Assembly (NCBI GenBank): GCA_964436305.1
Contig: CAYTCI010000004.1
Location: forward strand, 11,964 to 75,963
Source of the DNA: an uncultured Cytophagia bacterium
GTDB lineage: Bacteria > Zhuqueibacterota > Zhuqueibacteria > Residuimicrobiales > Residuimicrobiaceae
Direction: 5' to 3'
DNA: 64,000 nucleotides
A program made the position numbers and the translations under genes. Shown here in pieces: positions 47,906 through 58,786 of the stretch. Positions within the stretch are counted from its first letter, which is position 1, and every line of letters begins with the position of its first letter. A model generated the notes under the pieces. That model was given only the letters and a program-made list of their open reading frames with translations, had not been told where the DNA came from and made no database searches.

Positions 47906-48296
47906 ATCCGCTCCGTTATGAATGAGTTGACGTATCAGCTCGATAACTTAGTCAGTTTTTCCCTCAGAGTCAAGCCAAAAGGGCGAGAAGGCCAGGCCCT
48001 CTGTATCACAGGGATACAAACCGTGAATCGGCCGCCGGCGGGCGCCGTATTGCCGCAAGGCCGCCGGTGCTGGTTCTGACTTTATTCCCTGTTTCTACTC
48101 AGGTTGAGTTGTGGAAAATTTCCCTGCTCCGGTTGTGATGGGGCGCACGATTTGTGCGGGGAAATTGGCCTGAAATGACTCACCCGCCTGCGCGCGACGG
48201 CAGGGATTGCCTCATTTTAATCCACTTCGCCCCGCTATGCCAAAAGCTGCAACATAGTGGGCCTGGTTACAAAAAGGTAATCTGGGCAGATTAGGA

Positions 48297-48325
48297 TTGA
48301 CTATTTTTAATATTATCCTTATATT
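48297..48325 (+). promoter_or_regulatory. Sigma-70-like promoter (TTGACT-N17-TATATT)
   Basis: TTGACT is at 48297-48302 and TATATT at 48320-48325. It lies in an AT-rich stretch upstream of the SLT gene. Confidence 0.3.
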
Positions 48326-48367
48326 ATATGCTGCTTTGCACCACGGGCCGGCAAAAGAAACCACGGC

Positions 48368-48383
48368 TGGCACAGTGTTTGCT
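48368..48383 (+). promoter_or_regulatory. Sigma-54 promoter (TGGCAC-N5-TTGCT)
   Basis: The sequence TGGCACagtgtTTGCT matches the -24/-12 consensus TGGCAC-N5-TTGCW exactly. It is about 175 nt upstream of the SLT-domain gene. An 8-bp hairpin (48408-48430) lies in the predicted leader. Confidence 0.55.
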
Positions 48384-48557
48384 ATGGTATTGACTGCAGG
48401 GGGTGGCGGCCAGGGAATAGAACCCTGGCCCCTTCTGTTAAATCTCCTCGATGCGCAGGCTGTCGTCACCATTTTACACCGCGGTGCTAAAAATGGACAC
48501 CAGAGTACGACACTCTGCGCATCAGAGGATCAATCGTGAACAAACCGTGTGGAAAAA

Positions 48558-49379
48558 ATGAAAGAACCACTCAAAAAGATTGTCGCCAAGGAGAAAGAGC
48601 AGCTTAAGCAGAAAGTGGCGAAGCTCAACGAAACCGTGAAGGCCTCTAAAGATCGGAATCAACGATTATTGGAGGGCAAGATGCATCTCGGTAAAAAAGA
48701 GCTCAAAACAATCGCCGGATTGGTATTTCTGACCAGCTTCATCTTCATCGAGGGCATAAGCCTGCTATCCAGTGATTTTTTAGGCTCAGCGCAGACCGGC
48801 AAGGACGATCAGCTCACCTCGCTCTTGCGGGAACAGCAGACCATGATGGCCATTGACGTACAGCGCCGGACCAGTGTGAACAAAATCACGGGCATCATCT
48901 CACGCTACAATCGAACTATGTCCGACACAGATAAACTGCGGATCGCCAACGAGATTTACGAGATGACCAAAAAGTATCCGAATCTCAACGAAGACTTTAT
49001 CTGTGCCACCATCACCCACGAAACCGGTAAAACCTGGAATCCCCAGGTCAAATCCCCGATGGGCGCCATGGGCCTGATGCAGATCATGCCCGCCACCGGC
49101 GCCTTCCTGGCAGCCCAGGAAGGGATCGACTGGACCACGGCGGATCAGGTGCTCAACGACCCGGTCAACAACATCCGGCTCGGCTGCCGCTACATGAGCG
49201 AACTGGTAGGAACCTACAAACAAGACGGCGCCCTCGCGGCCTATAATGGCGGCCCCAAGCGCGCAGCCCTGTGGCTGGCCTCCAATCGCAACGACAGCAC
49301 GCTCTTCAAGGAGACCCGGACCTACGTACCGGCGGTCAACCGGCTCTACGACCAGTTTCGCAAGGAAGGCGTGATGTAA
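48558..49379 (+). CDS. Lytic transglycosylase (SLT domain) protein
   Basis: The SLT catalytic region is ICATITHETGKTWNPQVKSPMGAMGLMQIMPATG...AYNGGP. An N-terminal coiled-coil or TM segment is present. Confidence 0.75.
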   Translation: MKEPLKKIVAKEKEQLKQKVAKLNETVKASKDRNQRLLEGKMHLGKKELKTIAGLVFLTSFIFIEGISLLSSDFLGSAQTGKDDQLTSLLREQQTMMAIDVQRRTSVNKITGIISRYNRTMSDTDKLRIANEIYEMTKKYPNLNEDFICATITHETGKTWNPQVKSPMGAMGLMQIMPATGAFLAAQEGIDWTTADQVLNDPVNNIRLGCRYMSELVGTYKQDGALAAYNGGPKRAALWLASNRNDSTLFKETRTYVPAVNRLYDQFRKEGVM

Positions 49380-49412
49380 GAGTCATCACCCGACACAGGT
49401 TTGCCAACGCCA

Positions 49413-49442
49413 GGCGGCGTCTCGAAGACGCCGCCTTTTTTT
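49413..49442 (+). terminator. Rho-independent terminator after the SLT gene
   Basis: Stem ggcggcgtc pairs with gacgccgcc around loop tcgaa, followed by a T7 run. Confidence 0.7.
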
Positions 49443-49578
49443 ATCCCGCCGCTTTTACCTTGATAATAGCCGGTAATATCCGTATTTTTCATCAGCACCC
49501 CGGAGGTCCCTCTCCGCTGCCTGCACCTGCAGCCAGCCTCTCCTGAGTTCTTTCCATCCAGCAACAAAGGAGGATTCC

Positions 49579-51726
49579 TTGGGAAAAGCAGTTCGCTCCG
49601 CGACCCTGCTCCTGCTCTGCGCCACCCTCGCCCGGGCGGTGAACTGGTACGCCGTCGGCCTCAATGACCAGCAGAACTGGAGCTCCTTCACTATCCAGGC
49701 GATCGATATCTATCACGGCGCCTACCTCCACCATTCCGAATTCACCCCTTCCATGGAAATCCAGATGAGCCGGGACTGGTATGGCAACCGGCCCAATGAT
49801 GAGCCCTTCGTCTTTTATTGCGAGTTCTCCCTATCCGCAGATGCCGTCATCATCGGCGCCAAGGTGCGCCTGGACAACACCTGGCATACGGCGCAACCGC
49901 AGGATGTCTGGACCGCCGAAAACCAGTTTCAGACTGCACCGGCCGGCCAACCCCGCTGCCTGCTGCGGCAATATGTCCAGCGCGATTACTCCGGCGCGCG
50001 CAGCAAACGCTATCTGATGCAGGTTTCCCCGATCCAGTTCGGCTCTCCGTTCAGCATCGCAATCACCTTCCTGGCCCCCAACACCCTCGAGCTGGACAGC
50101 GAGCGTGCCTCCATTTTCAACACCGATTTCCTGACATACCGGGAGCGGGTCCCGATCCGCTACTCTTTCCTGGACGTTCATGCTCCGGAAAATGCACCGG
50201 TTTTCGAGAATGCCGGCGGCACTATCCCCTTCGCAAAGAACGCCGAGGGGTGGTGGCGCGCTGACCTCACCTACCTCTATTGGATTGATCCTTATATGAG
50301 TTGGCCGGCGCGCAAGAACATCAAACCGGAACTCTTTTATTACCAGGATAACGTCGAGGGCTACTACCTCCTTTCCGCCTTCCCGCCGGTCGAGCCGCAA
50401 GAGCGCAAGCCGAAAAAGGTTCTGATCCTTGCGGACCTGGGCAGTCAAACCATGGGCTACACCCGGGAGTTTCTGCTCGACCAATTCCACGATATCACCG
50501 ACCGGAGCTTGAGCTGGAATGACTCCCTGAACATCCTCCTCATGGACCAGCTCGAGCCCAAACTTCTGCGCAGCCGCTTCTTGCCGGCCGACTATGCCAA
50601 CCAGACGGCGCTCTTCAACGAGATGCGCAGCTATCCAATCCCCCAGCTCAGCGCTACCACGCAGCTGCTCCGCCGGGCGGTGGCTTTTTTCAATCAGGCT
50701 GCAACCGATGGGGAGATCTGGCTGATCACGACGGCTGAAAAGGACGCCGTCCCGGTGCAAAAGGCCAATGACATCATCGAACTGACGGTCCGTCAGCTCC
50801 GCCAGCAGGTCGTCATCAAGATCGTCGCATGCGGCCAGCCCAGCGATTACCTTTATGTCGGCGGCCAGTATTATGCAGGCAATGATTACCTGTTTGAGAA
50901 TCTGACGCGACTGACGCACGGCGGCACCCTGCGCCCGGGCCATGCAGAGGCCTACCATCTGCCGCTGGCCCTGGCCGAGCTGCTCGCCCCGGCGCTCGAT
51001 CTGATGGAGGCCGATCCGGTCCCGGCAAACGGCTACAACCGGAACAAGTATTATTTCTTCTCCAGCCGGACCCGCTATCCCCTGCTCTATCCCTACATCG
51101 AATTAGGACGGGCGGAGGGAGGGCCGCCTTTCATCACCGATTTTTACGGCAATATCGAGGGCGACTGGTTCCACAAGAGAATGGACCTCGCCGCCATGCC
51201 GGCCATCAAGCAGCTGCCCCGCCTCAAGCAGCTCTGGCATGCCCATCATATCGAGGAATTGCTGCAGCAGCCCCAGGCCTGGAACCTGATCGACGAGATC
51301 GGCCGTGTCAGCAAGGAGAACAGCCTGGTCAATGCCTATTGCGCCCTGGTCATCCCGGCGGCCAATGGCTATGCCGCCTTCCAGCGCCTCGAAGAGCATG
51401 AAACTGCGATAACCTCCTCCTCAGCGCCGCGGCAGCCCGAACATTTTGAGGTCAGGGCCTATCCCAATCCTTTCAACACCCAGACCCGGGTCATCGCCCG
51501 GTTTCAGCCGGCCGAGCACAGCGGATTCGTGTCCGTCCGCATCTATTCGCTGCTCGGTGCACAGGTCCGGCAATGGCAGCAGCCCGTGAGCGCCGGAGCA
51601 AGCCGTATTGAACTCGTCTGGGACGGTGCCAATGACCGGCAGGAACCGGTCAGCAGTGGCCTCTACTGGATCCAGGTCCAGCGCGGCACCGAGCAGTATG
51701 TCCTCAAACTCACCTGTCTGAAATAG
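49579..51726 (+). CDS. Secreted VIT/vWA-like protein with T9SS-type C-terminal sorting domain (paralog A)
   Basis: The start is TTG, with an AAGGAGG RBS. A signal peptide is present. The central block KVLILADLGSQTMGY... is vWA-like. The C-terminal 85 or so residues (FEVRAYPNPFNTQTRV...VRIYSLLGAQVRQW...SGLYWIQVQRGTEQYVLKLTCLK) match the T9SS/Por C-terminal sorting domain pattern. Confidence 0.65.
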   Translation: MGKAVRSATLLLLCATLARAVNWYAVGLNDQQNWSSFTIQAIDIYHGAYLHHSEFTPSMEIQMSRDWYGNRPNDEPFVFYCEFSLSADAVIIGAKVRLDNTWHTAQPQDVWTAENQFQTAPAGQPRCLLRQYVQRDYSGARSKRYLMQVSPIQFGSPFSIAITFLAPNTLELDSERASIFNTDFLTYRERVPIRYSFLDVHAPENAPVFENAGGTIPFAKNAEGWWRADLTYLYWIDPYMSWPARKNIKPELFYYQDNVEGYYLLSAFPPVEPQERKPKKVLILADLGSQTMGYTREFLLDQFHDITDRSLSWNDSLNILLMDQLEPKLLRSRFLPADYANQTALFNEMRSYPIPQLSATTQLLRRAVAFFNQAATDGEIWLITTAEKDAVPVQKANDIIELTVRQLRQQVVIKIVACGQPSDYLYVGGQYYAGNDYLFENLTRLTHGGTLRPGHAEAYHLPLALAELLAPALDLMEADPVPANGYNRNKYYFFSSRTRYPLLYPYIELGRAEGGPPFITDFYGNIEGDWFHKRMDLAAMPAIKQLPRLKQLWHAHHIEELLQQPQAWNLIDEIGRVSKENSLVNAYCALVIPAANGYAAFQRLEEHETAITSSSAPRQPEHFEVRAYPNPFNTQTRVIARFQPAEHSGFVSVRIYSLLGAQVRQWQQPVSAGASRIELVWDGANDRQEPVSSGLYWIQVQRGTEQYVLKLTCLK

Positions 51727-51739
51727 GGAGGCGAAAACC

Positions 51740-53884
51740 ATGAAACGGCAGTTCGTTCTCCTCCTCAGCTTGCTGCTGGTCACAATAGCCTCCGCCACCC
51801 GTATCAGCATTTATGAAGCGGGCTATCCGCAGAATCGCGACGACAATGTCCGTGTGGAAGAGGTGACCGATGTGGTCCGGACCCGCGGTATCTATATCGA
51901 ACACCAACTCCATCTCTCTTTCGCTTACGATTTCAACTCCTGGTTCTTCACCAATTATAATGAGCTCGAGCTGGAATGGACTTTCCAGATGCCGGAAGAG
52001 GTTACCCTGTTCAATCTATATTACTGGAAAGAGGATTCGGTTTGCCGCGCCATCCTGCTGGACAAATGGACGGCACAGAAGATGTTCGACGAGAAGAGCA
52101 GCCCCACACGCGAACCGGCCTTGCTGACGCGGGGCATCGCCGATCAGAACGGCCAGGTCCAGTATGCCTTGCGTCTCTTTCCAATCAAGCGATTCACCAG
52201 ATGCCGGATCATGATCCAGTACCTCGTGCCAGCCCGGCCCTCCAGCGGCCGGCTGCGCACCTGGCTGCCCCTGCCGCAGGTGACGACCGAAACCGGCGGC
52301 GCCAAAATCCTGCGCCTGCTCTACCTCCGCGGGGATAATCCTGATTCCGCCGCGATCGTCGGCCTGCCCGGGATCACTTTCACCTACTACCCCAGGGACA
52401 AGGCCTGGGAAGCGGAGTTGCCAATCGCCTCCCTGGATTATGCGGAGCTGATCCTGCCCTCTCCCATCCGGGGGGAGTATTACCTCTCCCTCTATCGCAA
52501 GGGGGATGAAGCCTTTTACAATCTGGCGGTCTATCCGCCGGCGATCTCTTCGGTCCACCAGCCGCGCAAGATCCTGATCCTGGTGGACTTTAATCCCGGT
52601 AACAGCAACGGGCTGAGTGCTGATTTGCTGCTCTCCTCGCTGAAAGAAACCATGGAGCGCACCTTGACCCCTGCCGACTCTGCTTCGGTCATCGTGACGT
52701 TTACCGAACCCGCTTATGGCAGCCGGAGCTGGCAGGGATGCTCGCAGCAGAACATCGACCGCCTTTTCGGGGATTTTTGGGGCAAACGTTTTTACAATGT
52801 CAATCTGTCGCAGGAGTTGCTGGCTGCAGCCGAATGGTTCATGGGGACCAATGGGCAGGGGGAGATCCTCTGGATCACCAATCGTGCCGATTTTCCCACA
52901 GCCACCGCATTGGCCGCCCAATATGCCCGGGAGATCGCCGGGCACTTTCCCGCCGGCACCCCTGTCCACGTGCTTGACCTGGAGAATACCTTCAGGCTGG
53001 TTTACTTTCCGGATTTCGGCTATGGAAACGGGAGCTATACCTTCCTTTCCGAGCTGACCCGAATCACCGGCGGCAATCTCTTTTTCTATCGCTTCCATCC
53101 CTTAAAAACCGCTTTGGCGGCGCTCTTTTTCGACAAGGTGATGCACTACAAAGAGGTGGAGGTGCAGACGCGCATGCAGAACGGGTATACCTATGACCGG
53201 CAGAACCATGCGCGCTTCGAAGGCTATTATCCGCTCGATTTTCCGGTAATCCAGACCGGGCAATTGCAGGGTACTTTCCCGATGACCGTGACCCTTATCG
53301 GCAGTACCCTCGATACCGTCGTGAGAAAGGAGATCGTCATTCCCGAATCGGCGGTTGATGCCGGCACTGAACATCTGGCAACCGCCCATTATGGCCATCA
53401 GATCGAAAAGATGGGCCGGCGGTATCAGAACAACGCACTGATCGAAAACCTGATCGCCCTCAGCACGTCTGCTGGCATCCTCTCCCCCTATACCGCTTTC
53501 ATCATCCCGGATGATCCAACCAGTTGCTATGTCCCGGACTTTATCGATGACACCCGTAAAGGCAGTTCAGGGGCAGAGTTGCATCCCGCCATGCAGGACA
53601 CGCTGGTGGTTTTTTCGGCGTCTCCCAATCCTTTCAATCCGCAAACGACCTTCACCATCACGCTGCCGGTGGTTCCAGCGGAGCGCGAACTGGTCGTGAA
53701 TCTCTATAACTTGCGTGGTCAGCAGGTCCGGCAGCTGTGTTTACCGGCGCTCCAGCCTGGCCGTTATCAGATCAGCTGGGATGGGCGTTCCGACGCAGGA
53801 GTCTCCCTTGCAAGTGGCAAATACTTCGCACTCTTGCAGGTGTCGCGGCAGCGCAAGGTCCTGCCACTGACCTTGCTAAAATAG
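51740..53884 (+). CDS. Secreted VIT/vWA-like protein with T9SS-type C-terminal sorting domain (paralog B)
   Basis: The signal peptide is MKRQFVLLLSLLLVTIASA. The N-terminal region (EWTFQMPEEVTLFNLYYWKEDSVCRAILLDKWTAQKMFDEK...ALLTRG...IMIQYL) resembles a VIT domain. A KILILVDFNPGNSNG vWA-like block follows. The C-terminal domain (SPNPFNPQTTFTI...VNLYNLRGQQVRQL...SGKYFALLQVSRQRKVLPLTLLK) is the same sorting-domain type as in paralog A. Confidence 0.65.
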   Translation: MKRQFVLLLSLLLVTIASATRISIYEAGYPQNRDDNVRVEEVTDVVRTRGIYIEHQLHLSFAYDFNSWFFTNYNELELEWTFQMPEEVTLFNLYYWKEDSVCRAILLDKWTAQKMFDEKSSPTREPALLTRGIADQNGQVQYALRLFPIKRFTRCRIMIQYLVPARPSSGRLRTWLPLPQVTTETGGAKILRLLYLRGDNPDSAAIVGLPGITFTYYPRDKAWEAELPIASLDYAELILPSPIRGEYYLSLYRKGDEAFYNLAVYPPAISSVHQPRKILILVDFNPGNSNGLSADLLLSSLKETMERTLTPADSASVIVTFTEPAYGSRSWQGCSQQNIDRLFGDFWGKRFYNVNLSQELLAAAEWFMGTNGQGEILWITNRADFPTATALAAQYAREIAGHFPAGTPVHVLDLENTFRLVYFPDFGYGNGSYTFLSELTRITGGNLFFYRFHPLKTALAALFFDKVMHYKEVEVQTRMQNGYTYDRQNHARFEGYYPLDFPVIQTGQLQGTFPMTVTLIGSTLDTVVRKEIVIPESAVDAGTEHLATAHYGHQIEKMGRRYQNNALIENLIALSTSAGILSPYTAFIIPDDPTSCYVPDFIDDTRKGSSGAELHPAMQDTLVVFSASPNPFNPQTTFTITLPVVPAERELVVNLYNLRGQQVRQLCLPALQPGRYQISWDGRSDAGVSLASGKYFALLQVSRQRKVLPLTLLK

Positions 53885-54061
53885 TCCATTTCTCGCATAG
53901 TGAACCCCGGAGCGGTTACGCAGCTGGAGTCGTTGCCCCGGGCTCCGGACCATCGCTCACTGCCATCCCGGGATTTCACGCCCACCGGATGAAAGCCAGA
54001 AAAACCAGTTGTAAATCTCGCGATTTTTTAATAAACTCTGCTTCATTTTCCAGGAGCATCC

Positions 54062-55585
54062 ATGCAGCCCATCCTCCTCGATGGAGAATCGCTCACCCTC
54101 GCCGATCTTTACGCGATCGCCGGCGGCCGCTCCGTCGCGATCGCACCCGGAGCCATGACCCAGATGGCCGCTTCCCGCGCCTGCATCGAGGCGATCATCC
54201 GCGACGGCCGGGTGGTCTACGGCGTCAATACCGGCTTTGGCAAGCTGGCCACCATCCATATCGCCGACGATGCCCTCGAAACCCTGCAGCGCAACCTGGT
54301 GCTCAGCCATGCCTGCGGCATCGGCGAGCCGATCCCTGCCCCCCTGGTCCGCGCCCTCATCGCCCTCAAGATCAACGCCCTCTGCAAGGGATTTTCCGGC
54401 ACCCGGCCGGAGGTGGCGCTCTTTCTTCAGGAGATGCTCAACCGCTCCATCCTCCCGGTCATCCCGTGCAAGGGCTCGGTCGGTGCTTCCGGCGACCTGG
54501 CGCCGCTGGCGCATATGACGCTGGTGATGCTCGGCCTTGGTGAAGCCTGGTATGCCGGCGAGCGCATACCCGGGGCGGAGGCGCTGGCGCGCGCCGGTCT
54601 GGAACCGGTCACGCTCAAGGCCAAGGAGGGGCTGGCCGTGCTCAACGGCACGCAGGTGCTCACCGCCTATGGGGCCTTCGCCTTGCAGCGTGCCTTGCAA
54701 CTGGCGCGGCTGGCTGACATCGCGGCCGCTCTCAGCGTCGAGAGCCTGCTCAACACCCGGGTCGCCTTCGACCCGCGCATCCAGCGGGCCCGCGGCCATC
54801 AGGCCCAGATCCGGGTGGCCGATAATCTCATCCGTTTGCTGGCCGGGAGTGCGATCGTCGAATCGCACCACGACTGCGGCAAGGTCCAGGATCCCTACTC
54901 CTCCCGCTGCACCCCGCAGGTGCATGGCGCCGTCCGCCAGGCCCTGGCCTACGCCGAGGGCGTCATCAGCACGGAACTCAATGCCTCCACCGACAATCCC
55001 CTGATCTTCGCCGCCGAACAGGAGGTCCTCTCGGGCGGCAACTTTCACGGCCAGCCGGTCTCGCTGGCCTGTGATACCCTGGCAATCGCCATCGCCCAGC
55101 TGGCCAATATCTCCGAGCGCCGGCTCGAGAACCTGATGGACCCGGTCCAGAGCGGTTTGCCCCCCTTCCTGGCGGCGGAGAGCGGCACCAACTCCGGCTT
55201 CATGATCGCCCAGGTGACCGCCGCCGCCCTGGTATCGGAAAACAAGGTGCTGACCCACCCGGCCTCGGTCGATTCGATACCCACCTCAGCCAATCAGGAG
55301 GACTTTGTCAGCATGGGGGCCTGGGCCAGCCGCAAGGCGCTGGAGGTCGTGGAGAACAGCGAGACGGTCCTCGGCATCGAACTGCTGGCCGGTTGCCAGG
55401 CAATGGATACCCGCCAGGGGCTCGAACCCGGCCAGGGTACCGGGATTGCCTGGCGCCACATTCGCCGCCGGATTCCCTCGATGCCGCGGGACCGGCTGCT
55501 GCACGAGGATATGGTCACGATCACCCGCATGGTGCGGGAAAACAGCATCGTGCAGGCGGTCGAGGCGGCCATCGGTGCGTTGTGA
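54062..55585 (+). CDS. hutH: Histidine ammonia-lyase
   Basis: The MIO-forming ASG motif lies within GSVGASGDLAPLAHM. Overall HAL/PAL family blocks are present. An RBS (ccaggag) lies upstream. Confidence 0.9.
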   Translation: MQPILLDGESLTLADLYAIAGGRSVAIAPGAMTQMAASRACIEAIIRDGRVVYGVNTGFGKLATIHIADDALETLQRNLVLSHACGIGEPIPAPLVRALIALKINALCKGFSGTRPEVALFLQEMLNRSILPVIPCKGSVGASGDLAPLAHMTLVMLGLGEAWYAGERIPGAEALARAGLEPVTLKAKEGLAVLNGTQVLTAYGAFALQRALQLARLADIAAALSVESLLNTRVAFDPRIQRARGHQAQIRVADNLIRLLAGSAIVESHHDCGKVQDPYSSRCTPQVHGAVRQALAYAEGVISTELNASTDNPLIFAAEQEVLSGGNFHGQPVSLACDTLAIAIAQLANISERRLENLMDPVQSGLPPFLAAESGTNSGFMIAQVTAAALVSENKVLTHPASVDSIPTSANQEDFVSMGAWASRKALEVVENSETVLGIELLAGCQAMDTRQGLEPGQGTGIAWRHIRRRIPSMPRDRLLHEDMVTITRMVRENSIVQAVEAAIGAL

Positions 55586-55651
55586 GGTAAACGGTTGAAA
55601 ATCAAGGAATGAACCGGGGTCTGCTGACCCCTTGTCGAATAGCCATAATGA

Positions 55652-57136
<1,485 letters not shown>

Positions 57137-57152
57137 GTCCGGCCGCAAGGAC

Positions 57153-57184
57153 AAAAAAAAGCCTCGACACCCTGGTGTCGAGGC
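57153..57184 (-). terminator. Rho-independent terminator of rpsT (it also closes guaB on the other strand)
   Basis: The 11-bp stem gcctcgacacc/ggtgtcgaggc (57161-57183) is preceded by an A8 run on the plus strand, which reads as a T8 tail on the minus strand. Confidence 0.7.
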
Positions 57185-57246
57185 TACAGTTCTTGCCGAT
57201 CTTGCGCCGGACGGTGTTGGGCCGCCCGCAGCGATGCAGAGAATCC

Positions 57247-57501
57247 CTAAGCGAGCTTGTTGACGATCGCGGCCAGCTTGGACTTTTGATTGGCGGCTTT
57301 GTTCTTATGAATGATCCCCTTCTTGGCCAGCTTGTCCAGCAGGGAGGCGGTATGGCGGAAGAGCTTCTCACCCTCCTCCTTGCTGCTGATGGCGCGCACC
57401 TTTTTCACATAGGTACGCAGGGTATTCTTGTAGGCCTTGTTGCGCTCGGTGTCGCGCGTATTGGTCTGGATTCTCTTGACAGCGGATTTGTGGTTCGCCA
57501 T
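57247..57501 (-). CDS. rpsT: 30S ribosomal protein S20
   Basis: The start is the internal ATG 57501, which has a gagagga RBS. The product is MANHKSAVKRIQTNTRDTERNKAYKNTLRTYVKK..., 84 aa. Confidence 0.9.
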   Translation of the reverse strand: MANHKSAVKRIQTNTRDTERNKAYKNTLRTYVKKVRAISSKEEGEKLFRHTASLLDKLAKKGIIHKNKAANQKSKLAAIVNKLA

Positions 57502-57613
57502 GGTTCCTCTCTTTTTTTTATAGCCTGTAAGTATAAGGATTTTTATCCTAAAATGCAACAGATTTTTGCACAATTCAACCCACCGACCACCATACCCTTG
57601 AGAAAGGCCATCT

Positions 57614-58735
57614 ATGGAGACTGCCATCCGGATTGAACCGGTCACCACGGCTGCGGGGCGCAAAGACTTTATCAAATTTCCCTGGCGTGTTTATCACAAT
57701 GATCCCCTCTGGGTGCCCCAGCTCATCAGCGACGAAATCAAGATCCTCGATCCGGCCAAGGGCACCTTTTTCCAGTTCGGCGAAGCGGCACTCTTCATGG
57801 CCTACCGCGGTGAGGAGCCGGTGGGGCGCATCTCTGCCCAGGTCAATCATCAATACGAACGCTATCACGACAACCACACCGGATTCTTCGGCTTTTTCGA
57901 GAGCATCGATGACCAGGCCGTGGCCGACGCCCTCTTCGGCGCTGCGACCGCCTGGCTGCGCAGCAAGGGCAAGAGCCGGGTCATGGGTCCGATGAGTTTC
58001 TCAATGTATGACATCAGCGGCGTCCTCATCGAGGGCAACGACACCATGCCCTGCATCCTCACCGCCTACAATCCGCCCTATTACGAACCCCTCTTCGACG
58101 CCGCCGGCATGAAAAAGGCGATGGACTGGTACGCCTTCCTCGTAAGCCAGGACTCTGTATTGCGGCCGGGACTTCAGCGCATCGCCAGCCGGGTGATGCA
58201 GCAGGAGGGGCTGGAAATCGTCCCCCTCGATATGAAGATCTTTGATCAGCGGGTGCATGAGGTGGCGCGCATCTTCTCCGACGCCTGGATGGAAAACTGG
58301 GGCCATGTCCCCTTCACGGACGGCCAGGTGCAGGATCTGGTTCACGAACTCAAAATGGTGATCGTCCCGGAGGTCACCCTCTTCGCCCTCTATCACGGCG
58401 AATGCATTGGTTTTTCTCTCAGTGTCAAGGATGTCAATCCGGCCCTGCAAAAAGCCAACGGTCGTCTCTTCCCCTTTGGCTTGCTCAAGCTCCTCTGGCA
58501 TGTCCGCAGGACCAGCCGGTTGCGCACCATGGCGATGGGCGTGCTCAAGGAGCACCGCCACCGCGGCATCGATATTGCCTTTTATCTTAAAACGATCGAG
58601 GAGGGGCGCCGCCTGGGCTTCTACGACAGCGAATGCTCGATCATCCTCGAGATCAACAAACGTATGATCAGCGCGCTCGAGGATCTTTCGGCCCGGCGCT
58701 ACAAGACCTTCCGCTTTTACGAAAAAGAGATCTGA
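57614..58735 (+). CDS. Putative GNAT-fold N-acyltransferase (Acetyltransf_6/FemAB-like), function unknown
   Basis: The product is 373 aa, has no signal peptide and has a C-terminal block (MGVLKEHRHRGIDIAFYLKTIEEGRRLGFYDSECSIILEINKRM) resembling GNAT acyl-CoA binding cores. The family assignment is tentative. Confidence 0.45.
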   Translation: METAIRIEPVTTAAGRKDFIKFPWRVYHNDPLWVPQLISDEIKILDPAKGTFFQFGEAALFMAYRGEEPVGRISAQVNHQYERYHDNHTGFFGFFESIDDQAVADALFGAATAWLRSKGKSRVMGPMSFSMYDISGVLIEGNDTMPCILTAYNPPYYEPLFDAAGMKKAMDWYAFLVSQDSVLRPGLQRIASRVMQQEGLEIVPLDMKIFDQRVHEVARIFSDAWMENWGHVPFTDGQVQDLVHELKMVIVPEVTLFALYHGECIGFSLSVKDVNPALQKANGRLFPFGLLKLLWHVRRTSRLRTMAMGVLKEHRHRGIDIAFYLKTIEEGRRLGFYDSECSIILEINKRMISALEDLSARRYKTFRFYEKEI

Positions 58736-58786
58736 GTTGGCGCTCCCGCCCGGGCGGGAGCAGCCTGTAACCAACGGCAGCCACGC

